A stretch of 64,000 nt of DNA from a virus, in IMG/VR virus record IMGVR_UViG_3300021185_003853, positions 1 through 64,000 of that record; one strand, given 5' to 3'. Shown here one piece after another: positions 17,172-26,823 of the stretch. A program made the translations under genes and the position numbers. The notes beneath the pieces are model-generated. The model saw only the letters and a program-made list of their open reading frames with translations. It did not search any database and was not told where the DNA came from. Position 1 is the first letter of the stretch. Each line of letters begins with the position of its first letter.

Positions 17172-17197
17172 CTTTTGGTTCTGGTTTGTGTTATAAT
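17168..17197 (+). promoter_or_regulatory. sigma70-type promoter
   Basis: TTGACT-N18-TATAAT, extended TG. Confidence 0.75.
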
Positions 17198-17223
17198 CAG
17201 ATATTATTGATTGGAGAAATATT

Positions 17224-17337
17224 ATGTTACTAGAAGTTTTGTATGGTGGGTTATTATCTATTGGTAGTTTAGCATTAGTTATCGGTCTATTTGAGGCGGT
17301 TGGCTTGGGACTTGCTGGTAAGAAGAAGGATGACTAA
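17224..17337 (+). CDS. small membrane peptide (37 aa)
   Basis: [37 protein letters not shown]; GGAG SD. Confidence 0.55.
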   Translation: MLLEVLYGGLLSIGSLALVIGLFEAVGLGLAGKKKDD

Positions 17338-17443
17338 AGAAGAAAAAGAGGTAGCAAAGCCTACCCAAGAAGAAACGGAATACTGCATCTGCGGTAAGCC
17401 ACTAACACAAGAATGCTACGAGCATATGGCTAAGGGATATTAA
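17330..17443 (+). CDS. small putative Zn-binding peptide (37 aa)
   Basis: MTKEE...[20 protein letters not shown]; TAATG-coupled to glyA. Confidence 0.55.
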   Translation: MTKEEKEVAKPTQEETEYCICGKPLTQECYEHMAKGY

Positions 17444-18582
17444 TGGACACAAGAATCGCCAAGATTTATAACAAAGAGATTGATCGTCAAATGCACACGG
17501 TCGAACTTATCGCAAGTGAGAACTTTGCGAGTAAAGCAGTAATGGATTTAGCAGGTAGCCTGTTTACGAACAAGTACGCAGAAGGCTATCCCGGCAAGCG
17601 TTATTATAATGGTTGCGAAAACATGGATGAGATCGAAGAACTAGCGATTGAAACTTTGTGTAAATTGTATGGTTCTAACTTTGCGAATGTGCAACCACAT
17701 TGTGGTGCTAACGCAAACACTGCTGTATATCAAGCATTCTTGAAGCCAGGCGATACGATTCTTGGAATGGATTTAGCAAGTGGTGGTCATCTAAGTCATG
17801 GTAGTCCACCAAATATATCTGGTAAGATTTACAATGCTGTGTCTTATGGTGTTGATGAGAATGGCTGGATTGACTACGATCAAGTGAGAAGTCTAGCCCA
17901 TGAACACAAGCCTAAGATGATTGTAGCGGGCGCAAGTGCATATCCACGACAGATCGACTGGGCAGAGTTTAGAGATATTGCAGATGAGATTGGTGCATAT
18001 TTACTCGTAGATATGGCACACTATTCTGGTCTGATTGCAGGTGGTGTTTATGGAAACCCAGTGCCATTTGCTGATGTTGTTACATCGACTACACACAAGA
18101 CTCTTCGAGGACCTCGTGGTGGAATCATTCTATGGAACAACGAAGATTATACGAGAAAGATTAATAGTGCGATATTCCCAGGCACTCAAGGCGGACCTCT
18201 GATGCATATCATTGCCGCAAAGGCTCAATGCTTTATTGAAGCAAGCCAGATGGAGTTCTCAAAATACGCATTTGATGTAATCGAAAATGCTAAAGCAATG
18301 TGTGAAGTATTTGAGCAAAGAGGTTTGCCAGTACAGACAGACGGAACTGATTCGCACATTATTCTAATGGATTTGAGTGAGAGTAAGCATAGTGGTCGAG
18401 AAGCGGCTGATCTACTCGAAGATAATGAAATTACTGTGAATAAGAATGGTGTACCAAACGACCCACGATCTTTTGTAGAGACAAGTGGCATTCGAATTGG
18501 TACTGCCGCAGAGACTACTCGTGGTCATGATGTCGAGTGGTTCAAAGAACTAGCAAATAGAATTGCGGATATCTTAGCATGA
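17443..18582 (+). CDS. glyA: serine hydroxymethyltransferase
   Basis: [48 protein letters not shown] (PLP Lys), [15 protein letters not shown]. Confidence 0.97.
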   Translation: MDTRIAKIYNKEIDRQMHTVELIASENFASKAVMDLAGSLFTNKYAEGYPGKRYYNGCENMDEIEELAIETLCKLYGSNFANVQPHCGANANTAVYQAFLKPGDTILGMDLASGGHLSHGSPPNISGKIYNAVSYGVDENGWIDYDQVRSLAHEHKPKMIVAGASAYPRQIDWAEFRDIADEIGAYLLVDMAHYSGLIAGGVYGNPVPFADVVTSTTHKTLRGPRGGIILWNNEDYTRKINSAIFPGTQGGPLMHIIAAKAQCFIEASQMEFSKYAFDVIENAKAMCEVFEQRGLPVQTDGTDSHIILMDLSESKHSGREAADLLEDNEITVNKNGVPNDPRSFVETSGIRIGTAAETTRGHDVEWFKELANRIADILA

Positions 18583-19010
18583 AAGTAAAGATTGGAAACT
18601 ATCCAAAAGGTACCTGTCCAATGGACAGACTTTTTGGAAACAACGAAAGAAAGGTGAATGTTAGAATAGATCGTCACGATACTATTTCTATGGATGATAC
18701 TCTAGCATACATCATTTTACCCATGTTGTATCAATTAGCGAAGACTAAAGATGGTTCGCCAGATGTTGACTTAGAAGATGTACCTTTTGAGTTACAAGGT
18801 GATCACGAAGATGCAATACATGAGCGATGGGACTGGGTCATGGCAGAAATGATCTATGCGTTTGAAGAAAAAACCAATGATTGGGAAGAAAGATTCTTCT
18901 GTTCTGAACGAGAGTACGATTCGTACAAAGCAGAGATGGATCAAATTAGGGGGAGAATAAGCAATGGGTTCAGACTCTTTGGTAAATATTACGAAGGACT
19001 ATGGACATAA
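18579..19010 (+). CDS. conserved hypothetical phage protein
   Basis: [40 protein letters not shown]. Confidence 0.75.
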   Translation: MKVKIGNYPKGTCPMDRLFGNNERKVNVRIDRHDTISMDDTLAYIILPMLYQLAKTKDGSPDVDLEDVPFELQGDHEDAIHERWDWVMAEMIYAFEEKTNDWEERFFCSEREYDSYKAEMDQIRGRISNGFRLFGKYYEGLWT

Positions 19011-19035
19011 CCTAACCTAATACAGGTATATTATT

Positions 19036-19251
19036 ATGACTTTTAAATGTAAAGTAACATCTTTTAAGAACGAACTAATCAGAATTGCAAAAGAGCAACA
19101 CGAAGTAATCTCACTAGCGATAGGTCTAAACTGTTTGTTTGCCTATGCTTTATCAGACGACTTCTTTTTGCTATTCTCTGGTTTAGTATTAACGACAGTA
19201 TCACTTGTTGATCTGTTTTTTGATGAAGTAAAAGAGGTTGATGAAAAATGA
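19036..19251 (+). CDS. small membrane protein
   Basis: Two hydrophobic segments. Confidence 0.55.
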   Translation: MTFKCKVTSFKNELIRIAKEQHEVISLAIGLNCLFAYALSDDFFLLFSGLVLTTVSLVDLFFDEVKEVDEK

Positions 19252-19490
19252 AATATGTTGTTGTAGGAACACCCACTTGTGGGTATTGTAGGCAAGCGAA
19301 AGCCGTTCTTGAGCAGAACAATCTTGAGTATGAGTATAGATGTCTTACTGAAGTTGCTCCTGCTGAACAAGATCGTTTGATGGAAGTCGCAGGTCAACCA
19401 TTTAGAACTGTACCACAAATTTTCACTGTTGAAGATGATCAATGGGGTTATGTTGGTGGTTACACTGAGTTAGCAAAATCTTTGAAATAG
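19248..19490 (+). CDS. glutaredoxin
   Basis: CGYC, TVPQIF, YVGGYTEL. Confidence 0.92.
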   Translation: MKYVVVGTPTCGYCRQAKAVLEQNNLEYEYRCLTEVAPAEQDRLMEVAGQPFRTVPQIFTVEDDQWGYVGGYTELAKSLK

Positions 19491-19499
19491 GACTATATT

Positions 19500-20030
19500 A
19501 TGAAACATTATTTGATGGAGCCGAAGAACAAGAAGGCTTGTGCTGAGTACGATGTCTTTCAGAAAGAGATTGATGGCGTAACTTATCGTGTTGTGAGAGA
19601 AGAAGTTTATCGGTGGGGGTCTTGGATAGTCAATGTGCCTTCTACTGATGAAGAAATGAAAGAGTGGTTAGATAATCGTGGCGAAACAATGGAAGATATG
19701 ATTGACTGTTATGAGTCAGTTGACGAGTTTCCATTTCTGCCAGATTTGACAGATGATTTTATTGAACTTGAAGATTACGACACAGAGTTTCTTGAGATGT
19801 GGGATGGTTGCTCAACTGATTGGTATCTACAAGATCCAGCAGGTAATATTTCAGAAGATAAGTCTGAAGAGATCATTGAATTGGTAATGGATATCTTTGA
19901 AGAAGAGTATCACGAAGGTCTTGAAGATGAAGGTTGGGAGAATGTCGATTGTTTCCAACAGATTCATTCTGAAGTGACTCTGAAAGAATGCGATGAATTA
20001 GGTCATGTTTCTGACGAAGATATTTTTTAA
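19500..20030 (+). CDS. acidic hypothetical protein
   Basis: 176 aa, strongly D/E-rich. Confidence 0.7.
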   Translation: MKHYLMEPKNKKACAEYDVFQKEIDGVTYRVVREEVYRWGSWIVNVPSTDEEMKEWLDNRGETMEDMIDCYESVDEFPFLPDLTDDFIELEDYDTEFLEMWDGCSTDWYLQDPAGNISEDKSEEIIELVMDIFEEEYHEGLEDEGWENVDCFQQIHSEVTLKECDELGHVSDEDIF

Positions 20031-20033
20031 TGC

Positions 20034-20062
20034 TTGACAGGAGGGATCCTTTGTGTTATAAT
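20034..20062 (+). promoter_or_regulatory. sigma70-type promoter
   Basis: TTGACA-N17-TATAAT, extended TG. Confidence 0.85.
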
Positions 20063-20149
20063 GTCCCTTACAAATTAAAGAATCTTGGATAACCACCGAA
20101 TCCGAGTGTAAAATATATATCGGTGAAACTATGTTAATGGAGTTTGATT

Positions 20150-20416
20150 ATGAACTTGAATGTAAAGAGTGATTCAAAGCAAGCACGAGTATTGTCGGCA
20201 CTAGAAGCTGTAGAGAAAGGCTTGACTGCGAAACAAATTGAAGCCCGCTTCGGTGGTAATGCAACTGCAACAGTAAGTGACCTACGATTCAAAGGTTTCC
20301 CCATCTATGCAAATCAGCACACCGACACTAAAGGCAGAACCAAGACTTTCTTCCGTCTAGGTACTCCAAGCCGCAAAGTACTAGCCGCCGGCTATAGAGC
20401 GTTAGCAAACGCTTAA
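20150..20416 (+). CDS. winged-HTH-like nucleic-acid-binding protein
   Basis: LTAKQIEARFG...TVSDLRFKGFPIY...RLGTPSR; GGAG SD at 20139. Confidence 0.7.
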   Translation: MNLNVKSDSKQARVLSALEAVEKGLTAKQIEARFGGNATATVSDLRFKGFPIYANQHTDTKGRTKTFFRLGTPSRKVLAAGYRALANA

Positions 20417-20420
20417 TAAT

Positions 20421-20451
20421 AAAAAAGGGGGCGCAATGCCCCCTTTCTTTT
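20421..20451. terminator. bidirectional Rho-independent terminator
   Basis: A6-GGGGGC-GCAAT-GCCCCC-TTTCTTTT between convergent genes. Confidence 0.85.
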
Positions 20452-20461
20452 CCCTATTTCC

Positions 20462-20626
20462 TTAAGCCTTAAAATCCACACCACGGTAAGTATGTAGACT
20501 TGCTTTCTTTGCTTGTTTAGGAAGTTTCTTGTAAGACGCACCACGATAGGTCTTCTCTGAAGACTTGCGACTTGCTTTTGGGGTTTTTGCTAATTGGCTT
20601 GCGCCACGGTACATAAGATTGTTCAT
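20462..20626 (-). CDS. DUF4278-like small basic protein (54 aa, three YRG motifs)
   Basis: Hand translation MNNLMYRGASQLAKTPKASRKSSEKTYRGASYKKLPKQAKKASLHTYRGVDFKA*; AGGAG SD. Confidence 0.7.
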   Translation of the reverse strand: MNNLMYRGASQLAKTPKASRKSSEKTYRGASYKKLPKQAKKASLHTYRGVDFKA

Positions 20627-20733
20627 AAGTACTTCTCCTGTAGAATAGGATTAGTAGTCTTTTAACGCATGAACATATGCGAGTCTTTAAAGCAGACTAA
20701 ACTAACAAGAGGAATAGTATAACTATTCGATAT

Positions 20734-20741
20734 TATTTATA
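20734..20741 (-). promoter_or_regulatory. T4-type late promoter
   Basis: TATAAATA on the minus strand. Confidence 0.7.
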
Positions 20742-20747
20742 CATTCT

Positions 20748-22589
20748 CTATCTTCGTATCTTTGGTCTGGGATATACGCCACCAGTCTCTGGTCGTCTAC
20801 CTTGACTCTGTGATCTTTCGAAACCTTTACCGCTAAAGAATGCTCTCTTAGTTGTGGTGCCACATAAGTCTGTCATTCTATGATGACCATTGTAGCTAAT
20901 ATTCTCTCCAGTTCTAATCAGATGTACACTATCTTCTGTTTCGGGTACAGTGATTGTTCCAGTACTTGCATCGGGAACATTATCCCAAGTTGTAGAAGGC
21001 ACTCCAATAACCTTATCTTGTGCTTGACTTAACAAAATATCTTTGAGTTGATTTGGTGTAGGCCATCTTTCATTATTGTGATAATATTGATCCATCATAC
21101 AAGCGGCTTTACCAACAACTGTCGGTGCCGCACAAGATGTTCCGCTAAAGTAGCCCCATGTTCCATCAGTAAATGCTTTTGTGGTGGTACTACCTGGTAT
21201 TGAAGAATATGAATCTGCACCCAATCCAACAATATCGATACCCTTACCTCTACTAGTGTATGCATCTAGAAGTGGTTGTGCTTCAGAGTTCTGCCCAGCC
21301 GCTACATCGATACTCTTATCTCTTGAACAGCCATGAGGACCGTATGATCTAAATGGATAAACATCCTGTCCATCAGGTCTTGTAAAAGTGGTGTAACTGG
21401 TTATGTAACCCTGAGAGTTGGTATTATATCTATAGTAGTCACCACCATTTTCTATGTGAAAGTAGGTTCCGTTAAATTCTGGATCGTCTCTTTTTACATA
21501 CACTTCAGCCCCGTTTCCTGCGGCATGAATACAAACAATGCCCGCATCCCAAGCGGCTTCTAATCCATTCTTTATCGTGGTATTCTCTCCAACTGCACCC
21601 CAAGGCAACACCCAGAAGTCTTCACTAGAATCGTCAGGGTTTTCCATTCTAAATGGTATTATGTTCTTTTCTGTGAATACTGTTAAGTCACTTCCCCAAC
21701 TCGCTCCAGGTCTGTTTGTGGTAACACCATCATGTACGATATAATCTACGCTATCTACTGGCACAAATCTAGCTTTTTGTTGATTGAACTGATATTCAGA
21801 AATCATGATAGTTGGATTTGGAACACCAGTATCTGGATTGTTCGGCTTTTCATTGTGCCATTGAGTGATGTTTGCTATACCATCTATTATTCCATCACCA
21901 CCAAAATACATATAAAGATTTGCTTTCTTAGCAAAGCCTGATGTTGTACCGGCAGCCACACTCAAAACACCTAAACCATGGCTGTTGAAGAATGAATTAT
22001 TTCTTGTGTGGGTGTGATTGTCGTCACCCCCTGTTGTGTTAGGCCAATCAGTCGGAATAAATCTATGATCTGCACCATCCATAAAGTCTGGGTGATTTCC
22101 AGTCCAATAGGCGCCATCGTATGCGCCAGTTGGACTGCCTGCTTCTAGCGTGACGATATCTACATTTTCACCGAAAAAGCAAGAAGTATAGTAAGCATTA
22201 TCGAGATTGCTTATATCATCGTCAGCATCATTTCCGATTGTTTGTGCGCTTGGTGGCATACTATCAGAGTCGGTGTATAACTGTAAAGGCATCAACGAGT
22301 GACCACCCTGACCAGTGTATGTACTCAGATTTTCTTCTGTGACTACTCTGCCAGTTTGAGTAACATATGGTGGCAACGAAACTTCTGTGGGTACTAGTCT
22401 TTCATCTACTGATTTCACGCTAGAGTTAGATCGAAGTGTGTCCAGATAAGATTCTTCTACATTTAATACGAGAAGATATGGAAGTGCGTATAGTGGATTT
22501 ACTAATTCTACTGAATCATTACCAGAGAACGAGTCAATGAACTGTTGTTGATCAGTTCCATCAACTAAGGTGACATCGACCTTAATCAT
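20748..22589 (-). CDS. subtilisin-like S8 serine protease with N-terminal propeptide-like domain
   Basis: SHGLGVLSVAAG (His), AAGN (oxyanion), FSGTSCAAP (Ser); acid motif reads VDIVTLEAG. Confidence 0.85.
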   Translation of the reverse strand: MIKVDVTLVDGTDQQQFIDSFSGNDSVELVNPLYALPYLLVLNVEESYLDTLRSNSSVKSVDERLVPTEVSLPPYVTQTGRVVTEENLSTYTGQGGHSLMPLQLYTDSDSMPPSAQTIGNDADDDISNLDNAYYTSCFFGENVDIVTLEAGSPTGAYDGAYWTGNHPDFMDGADHRFIPTDWPNTTGGDDNHTHTRNNSFFNSHGLGVLSVAAGTTSGFAKKANLYMYFGGDGIIDGIANITQWHNEKPNNPDTGVPNPTIMISEYQFNQQKARFVPVDSVDYIVHDGVTTNRPGASWGSDLTVFTEKNIIPFRMENPDDSSEDFWVLPWGAVGENTTIKNGLEAAWDAGIVCIHAAGNGAEVYVKRDDPEFNGTYFHIENGGDYYRYNTNSQGYITSYTTFTRPDGQDVYPFRSYGPHGCSRDKSIDVAAGQNSEAQPLLDAYTSRGKGIDIVGLGADSYSSIPGSTTTKAFTDGTWGYFSGTSCAAPTVVGKAACMMDQYYHNNERWPTPNQLKDILLSQAQDKVIGVPSTTWDNVPDASTGTITVPETEDSVHLIRTGENISYNGHHRMTDLCGTTTKRAFFSGKGFERSQSQGRRPETGGVYPRPKIRR

Positions 22590-22593
22590 TGTG

Positions 22594-23145
22594 TTACGCC
22601 TCTGTTCTTAGAACAGTTAACGATACTCCGATATTTTGAGTTGATCCATGATTGTTGACTACCGCTACGGGTACAGTTGTCGTTGGAGTCGATTCGTTAT
22701 TATATCCAACAACGCCAGGTGTGAAGTTTACTGTTCCACCATTACCAGTGAATACTGCTTCAGCGATAACGCCAGCATTTGGAGATGGGTCTGTTCCTTG
22801 CGCTCGACTTGCATCAGCAGTTCTACTTGCGGCAGAGTCGTACAGTCTTACCCAACACGCTCTATCTGCTGTGATTGAATATAGATTATAACCTTTATGA
22901 CCAGTGATGTCTATTTCTGATCTATTGGTATCAGCAACAGAACTTGCTGTGACAGTTGCTGTAGTATTTCTTGATACTAAACCAACACCACCACCTGCGA
23001 TAGCATTACCGCCTTGAGTTGTTCCATCTGATAATCTTAATGAGCCGTCGGTAGGATTCCAAAAGATTTCGCCTTCTCTGCCAATATATGTAGACGGGTC
23101 AGTGCCGCCCATTTTCGAGAGAAATGCTCTATAGGTAGATGCCAC
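22594..23145 (-). CDS. virion structural/fibre-like protein
   Basis: GREGEIFW...LRLSDGTTQGG resembles Mtd-type N-termini; WVRLY...R.AD..R..G.DP.P..GVIAE; follows a late promoter. Confidence 0.6.
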   Translation of the reverse strand: MASTYRAFLSKMGGTDPSTYIGREGEIFWNPTDGSLRLSDGTTQGGNAIAGGGVGLVSRNTTATVTASSVADTNRSEIDITGHKGYNLYSITADRACWVRLYDSAASRTADASRAQGTDPSPNAGVIAEAVFTGNGGTVNFTPGVVGYNNESTPTTTVPVAVVNNHGSTQNIGVSLTVLRTEA

Positions 23146-23175
23146 AGGTATTCCTTATTGATATAGTTGTTTACT

Positions 23176-23183
23176 TATTTATA
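23176..23183 (-). promoter_or_regulatory. T4-type late promoter
   Basis: TATAAATA on the minus strand ~30 nt upstream of 23145. Confidence 0.75.
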
Positions 23184-23268
23184 CATTTCTTTATATCAAA
23201 AGGTTATTAAAACTGAATTACTTACACCAACTTATTCTAAAAAATTCGAAAAAAGATGCCAAAACCCA

Positions 23269-23296
23269 TTGACTTTGCCTCAAAACCTAGTATAAT
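23269..23296 (+). promoter_or_regulatory. sigma70-type early promoter
   Basis: TTGACT-N16-TATAAT. Confidence 0.8.
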
Positions 23297-23330
23297 ATCA
23301 CCATAACTTGAGAAATATAGAGAGAAATCA

Positions 23331-25505
23331 ATGCTTCAGAAAAAGTCAGTTTTAGCCCGATTGCTTGCAAATGAGAACATTAGTGTTCGCCAGGGTAACT
23401 ACCCTACGGCTTCATTCGATGTAGTCAATCGTGTATTGAATCTTCCTAACTGGAAAGATATGAGTAATGATCTCTATGATATGCTAGTGGGTCATGAAGT
23501 CTCTCACGCCCTCAACACTCCTTCTGATCCTGAAGTGCTGAACATTCCTAATGTTCCATTCAGTTTTGTGAACATTGTTGAGGACATTCGAATTGAAAAA
23601 CTAATCATGAAAAAATATCCTGGTCTAGTCGGTAACTTCACTCGAGGTTACGATGAGTTGATTCAGATGGATATTTTCGGTACCAAGAATCAAGACCTAA
23701 ACGAAATGCCTTTCATGGATCGTCTAAACATCAAGTCTAAGGGTCGTGCGGCTGTTGAGGTTGAGTTCTCGGATGAAGAGCAATACTACTTCGACAAAGC
23801 CATGGCTGTTGAGACTTTTGAAGATGTTCGTGAGGTTGTTCTTGAACTTGCTGAGTGGCTACGATCTAAGAATGAGGTCACTGAAGAAGATGCCAATCAG
23901 TTCAATGATGGCGATGAGAGTGAAGATCAAGAGCAAGGCCCTGAGAGTAATGAAGACTCTGGTGAAGATGAGAGTCAAGAAGATGGTCAGGGTGAAGAGA
24001 GTGAAGAGCCTGGTGATGAAGAGGGTGAAGAAGAGAATGTGGGCAGTGCTTCTGGTTCTGATCAGTCTGATGAAGACGATGATGAAGAGAATGAAGATAG
24101 AGAGGGTGCCAGAGGTACTGACGGTGACTTCCATACTCTTATCAAGGAGTCGAGCGATGAGGTTGATGACCTAGATGAAGTTCAGACTGATATCAACCAG
24201 CACAATAATGAGGGTAAACTTCTAGACGATAGTGCTAAGGTCTTTGTTCAAGCCTTGAGCCGTGCTGAGTATGAAAAATTTACGATTCCTTATAGTGATG
24301 TTTTTGATGCTCGAATCGATATGATTCAAATGGTTGAAGAGAGATTCGGCAAGTTTCGAATCGAGAATGCTGAAGAAGAGTGGAAAAAGTTTGAGTCTGA
24401 AGCAAAGCCAATCGTTAATCTGATGGCGAAAGAATTTGAGATGCGTAAGGCCGCTTATCGAACCAAACGAGCCAAGACTTCTACAAAGGGTTCATTAGAT
24501 GTTACCAAACTTCATGCCTATAAGTATGATGACAATCTTTTCAAACAAGTGACTACGCTTGCTGATGGCAAGAGTCACGGTCTGATGATGTTGGTTGACT
24601 ATTCTGGTTCGATGCACGATGTAATGCCTGCCGTGATTCGCCAGACTATCACTCTTGTGATGTTCTGTAAAAGAGTTGGTATTCCATTCCAAGTTTATGG
24701 TTTCACTAGCCCACACGGTGGCGCTGACCGAACTCTTGAATTAGATAAGAGTGTAAGTCGATTCGACTCTAGCGACCTACAGATGATTGAGTTGTACTCT
24801 TCAAGTATGAGTAAAAAAGACCTTGAGTTTGCGATGAGAACTGCAATCTATGCCGCTCATGATCCTTACTACTTTCAGTCACGCCTTGATCGTTTGGGTA
24901 ACACTCCACTGAATGCGGCTCTAATGGCAATGCAGTATGCGATTGAAGACTTCCGTAAGAAGCACCCAGTCGATAAGATGCGCCTAGTCACTCTGACTGA
25001 CGGTGAGAGTAACGGTGTTCGAATCAATGAGGGTAATGATTTACGAGGTGATGATCGAGCATGGAACTGGAAAACTCCTATCATCACTGAGGTAAACAAA
25101 AAGAAAATTGAATTAGCAAGAGGCTATCTAGCTAGCCACGATAACACGGCTAAGATTATTCGAGCGGTATGTGGTGATGATATCAGTGTGATGAATTTCT
25201 TTATTGCTGATAATCGAGGCTTAAGGCAAGAACTGTATCGTATCTTCCCATACCAAGAGTCTAAGCAACAAGCCGCTAGAAAGAAAATGAGAGATACTGG
25301 TGCTTTTGTGATCGATGGCGATATTGGTTACGACCGACGATTCATTATTGCGAACAAAGGTAGTGCGATATCCAGCCAATCAGACGATCTTGAAGTGGCA
25401 GAAGGTGCTACCCCAGCCCAGATTGCGAGAGCGTTCAAAAAGTTCAGTGGCTCTAAGAAGAACAACCGAGTTGTTGCCAAGAAGTTTGCTGAGACAGTGG
25501 CATAA
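23331..25505 (+). CDS. CobT-like metallopeptidase + vWA domain protein
   Basis: HEVSH, NIVEDIRIE, long acidic linker, MIDAS DYSGSM, NTPLN, LTDGE. Confidence 0.88.
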   Translation: MLQKKSVLARLLANENISVRQGNYPTASFDVVNRVLNLPNWKDMSNDLYDMLVGHEVSHALNTPSDPEVLNIPNVPFSFVNIVEDIRIEKLIMKKYPGLVGNFTRGYDELIQMDIFGTKNQDLNEMPFMDRLNIKSKGRAAVEVEFSDEEQYYFDKAMAVETFEDVREVVLELAEWLRSKNEVTEEDANQFNDGDESEDQEQGPESNEDSGEDESQEDGQGEESEEPGDEEGEEENVGSASGSDQSDEDDDEENEDREGARGTDGDFHTLIKESSDEVDDLDEVQTDINQHNNEGKLLDDSAKVFVQALSRAEYEKFTIPYSDVFDARIDMIQMVEERFGKFRIENAEEEWKKFESEAKPIVNLMAKEFEMRKAAYRTKRAKTSTKGSLDVTKLHAYKYDDNLFKQVTTLADGKSHGLMMLVDYSGSMHDVMPAVIRQTITLVMFCKRVGIPFQVYGFTSPHGGADRTLELDKSVSRFDSSDLQMIELYSSSMSKKDLEFAMRTAIYAAHDPYYFQSRLDRLGNTPLNAALMAMQYAIEDFRKKHPVDKMRLVTLTDGESNGVRINEGNDLRGDDRAWNWKTPIITEVNKKKIELARGYLASHDNTAKIIRAVCGDDISVMNFFIADNRGLRQELYRIFPYQESKQQAARKKMRDTGAFVIDGDIGYDRRFIIANKGSAISSQSDDLEVAEGATPAQIARAFKKFSGSKKNNRVVAKKFAETVA

Positions 25506-25542
25506 GAAATGGATTTTTATTCCAAAACAGTATAAAAAACGG

Positions 25543-25570
25543 TTGACATTGCCTGATAACCTGTTATAAT
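25543..25570 (+). promoter_or_regulatory. sigma70-type early promoter
   Basis: TTGACA-N16-TATAAT. Confidence 0.85.
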
Positions 25571-25599
25571 ATGTACTTAATTGATGAGAGATTTATATT

Positions 25600-26799
25600 A
25601 TGAGTAATTTGACTGAAAAACAAACCCAGCTTCTGCAAGCATATGCTGATGCTAATCCGACTGCGACTAGTTTCACTCGCCAAGAGATGTTTAGTTTTGC
25701 TGAAGAGCAAGGTGTAACGGGATCTACCGCTTACACTATGATGAAGATTCTTCCTCGTATTAATCGAGGTGTTTATGAGTTGATTACGGCAGCCAATGTG
25801 GTGCCTATGCCTACTGCTCAAAATGAGCCAGTTGTTCAACAAACTCCTGTTGCTCAGGCTGTTCAAAAAGCAGTCGGCAAAGTTCGCTCTACTTCTTCAG
25901 AAGAAGTTTTCATTCCTCAGAAAGATGACACTTTTGTTAAATGGGGTTACTTTGCTGATGTTTCTAAGATCATCAAGTCTAAGATGTTCTACCCAATGTA
26001 TGTTGCTGGTTTGTCTGGTAACGGTAAGACAATGATGATTGAGCAAGCCTGTGCGGCAGCCAAGCGTGAGTATGTTCGTGTTCAGATTACTCCAGAGACT
26101 GATGAAGATGATCTAATCGGTGGTTTCAGACTGCTAGATGGTGAGACTGTTTTCGCAAAGGGTCCAGTTATCAAAGCGATGGAAGCTGGTGCGATACTGC
26201 TGATCGATGAGATTGATCGTGGTTCTAACAAGCTGATGGCTCTTCAAGGTGTTCTTGAGGGTAAGCCAGTTTTGATCAAGAAAACTGGTGAAGTAGTTGA
26301 GCCAGCCCCGGGGTTTAATGTGATCGGCACTGCTAACACGAAGGGTCAAGGTGATGATGCTGGTCGCTTTATCTCTGCGGGTATTATCGATGAGGCATTC
26401 CTTGAGCGATTCACTATCACTCTTGAGCAACCTTATCCTTCAGCAAGTGTTGAGAAGAAAATCATCAAGAACCACATGGACAAGTTTGATGTTAAAGATT
26501 CTGAGTTTACCGATAAGTTGGTAGCTTGGGGTCAAGCGATTCGTAAAACATTCCTTGACGGTGGTGTTGATGAGATCGTATCGACTCGTAGATTATGTCA
26601 CATTGTTCAGACTTTCTCGATCTTCAATGACCGTATGAAAGCCATTGAACTTTGTGTAAATCGATTCGATGAAGATACTCGCTCTGGTTTCTTAGACCTT
26701 TACAGCAAGATTGATGCTGATGTTAATGCGATGGATGAAGCATTAGTTGAGACTGATGTAAACGAGCCAGAAATGCGCCCTTACACTGATATGGACTAG
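25600..26799 (+). CDS. CobS/MoxR-like AAA+ ATPase
   Basis: GLSGNGKT, ETDEDDLIGG, LLIDEID, TANTKG, AFLERF, STRRL. Confidence 0.92.
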   Translation: MSNLTEKQTQLLQAYADANPTATSFTRQEMFSFAEEQGVTGSTAYTMMKILPRINRGVYELITAANVVPMPTAQNEPVVQQTPVAQAVQKAVGKVRSTSSEEVFIPQKDDTFVKWGYFADVSKIIKSKMFYPMYVAGLSGNGKTMMIEQACAAAKREYVRVQITPETDEDDLIGGFRLLDGETVFAKGPVIKAMEAGAILLIDEIDRGSNKLMALQGVLEGKPVLIKKTGEVVEPAPGFNVIGTANTKGQGDDAGRFISAGIIDEAFLERFTITLEQPYPSASVEKKIIKNHMDKFDVKDSEFTDKLVAWGQAIRKTFLDGGVDEIVSTRRLCHIVQTFSIFNDRMKAIELCVNRFDEDTRSGFLDLYSKIDADVNAMDEALVETDVNEPEMRPYTDMD

Positions 26800-26823
26800 T
26801 GAGTTTGTATAAGTAGTATTATC

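Noticed and set aside
23746-24174. Alternative-frame Met/Lys/Arg-rich ORF
   Set aside because: Frame-shifted read of the GAA/GAT-rich acidic linker of the vWA protein
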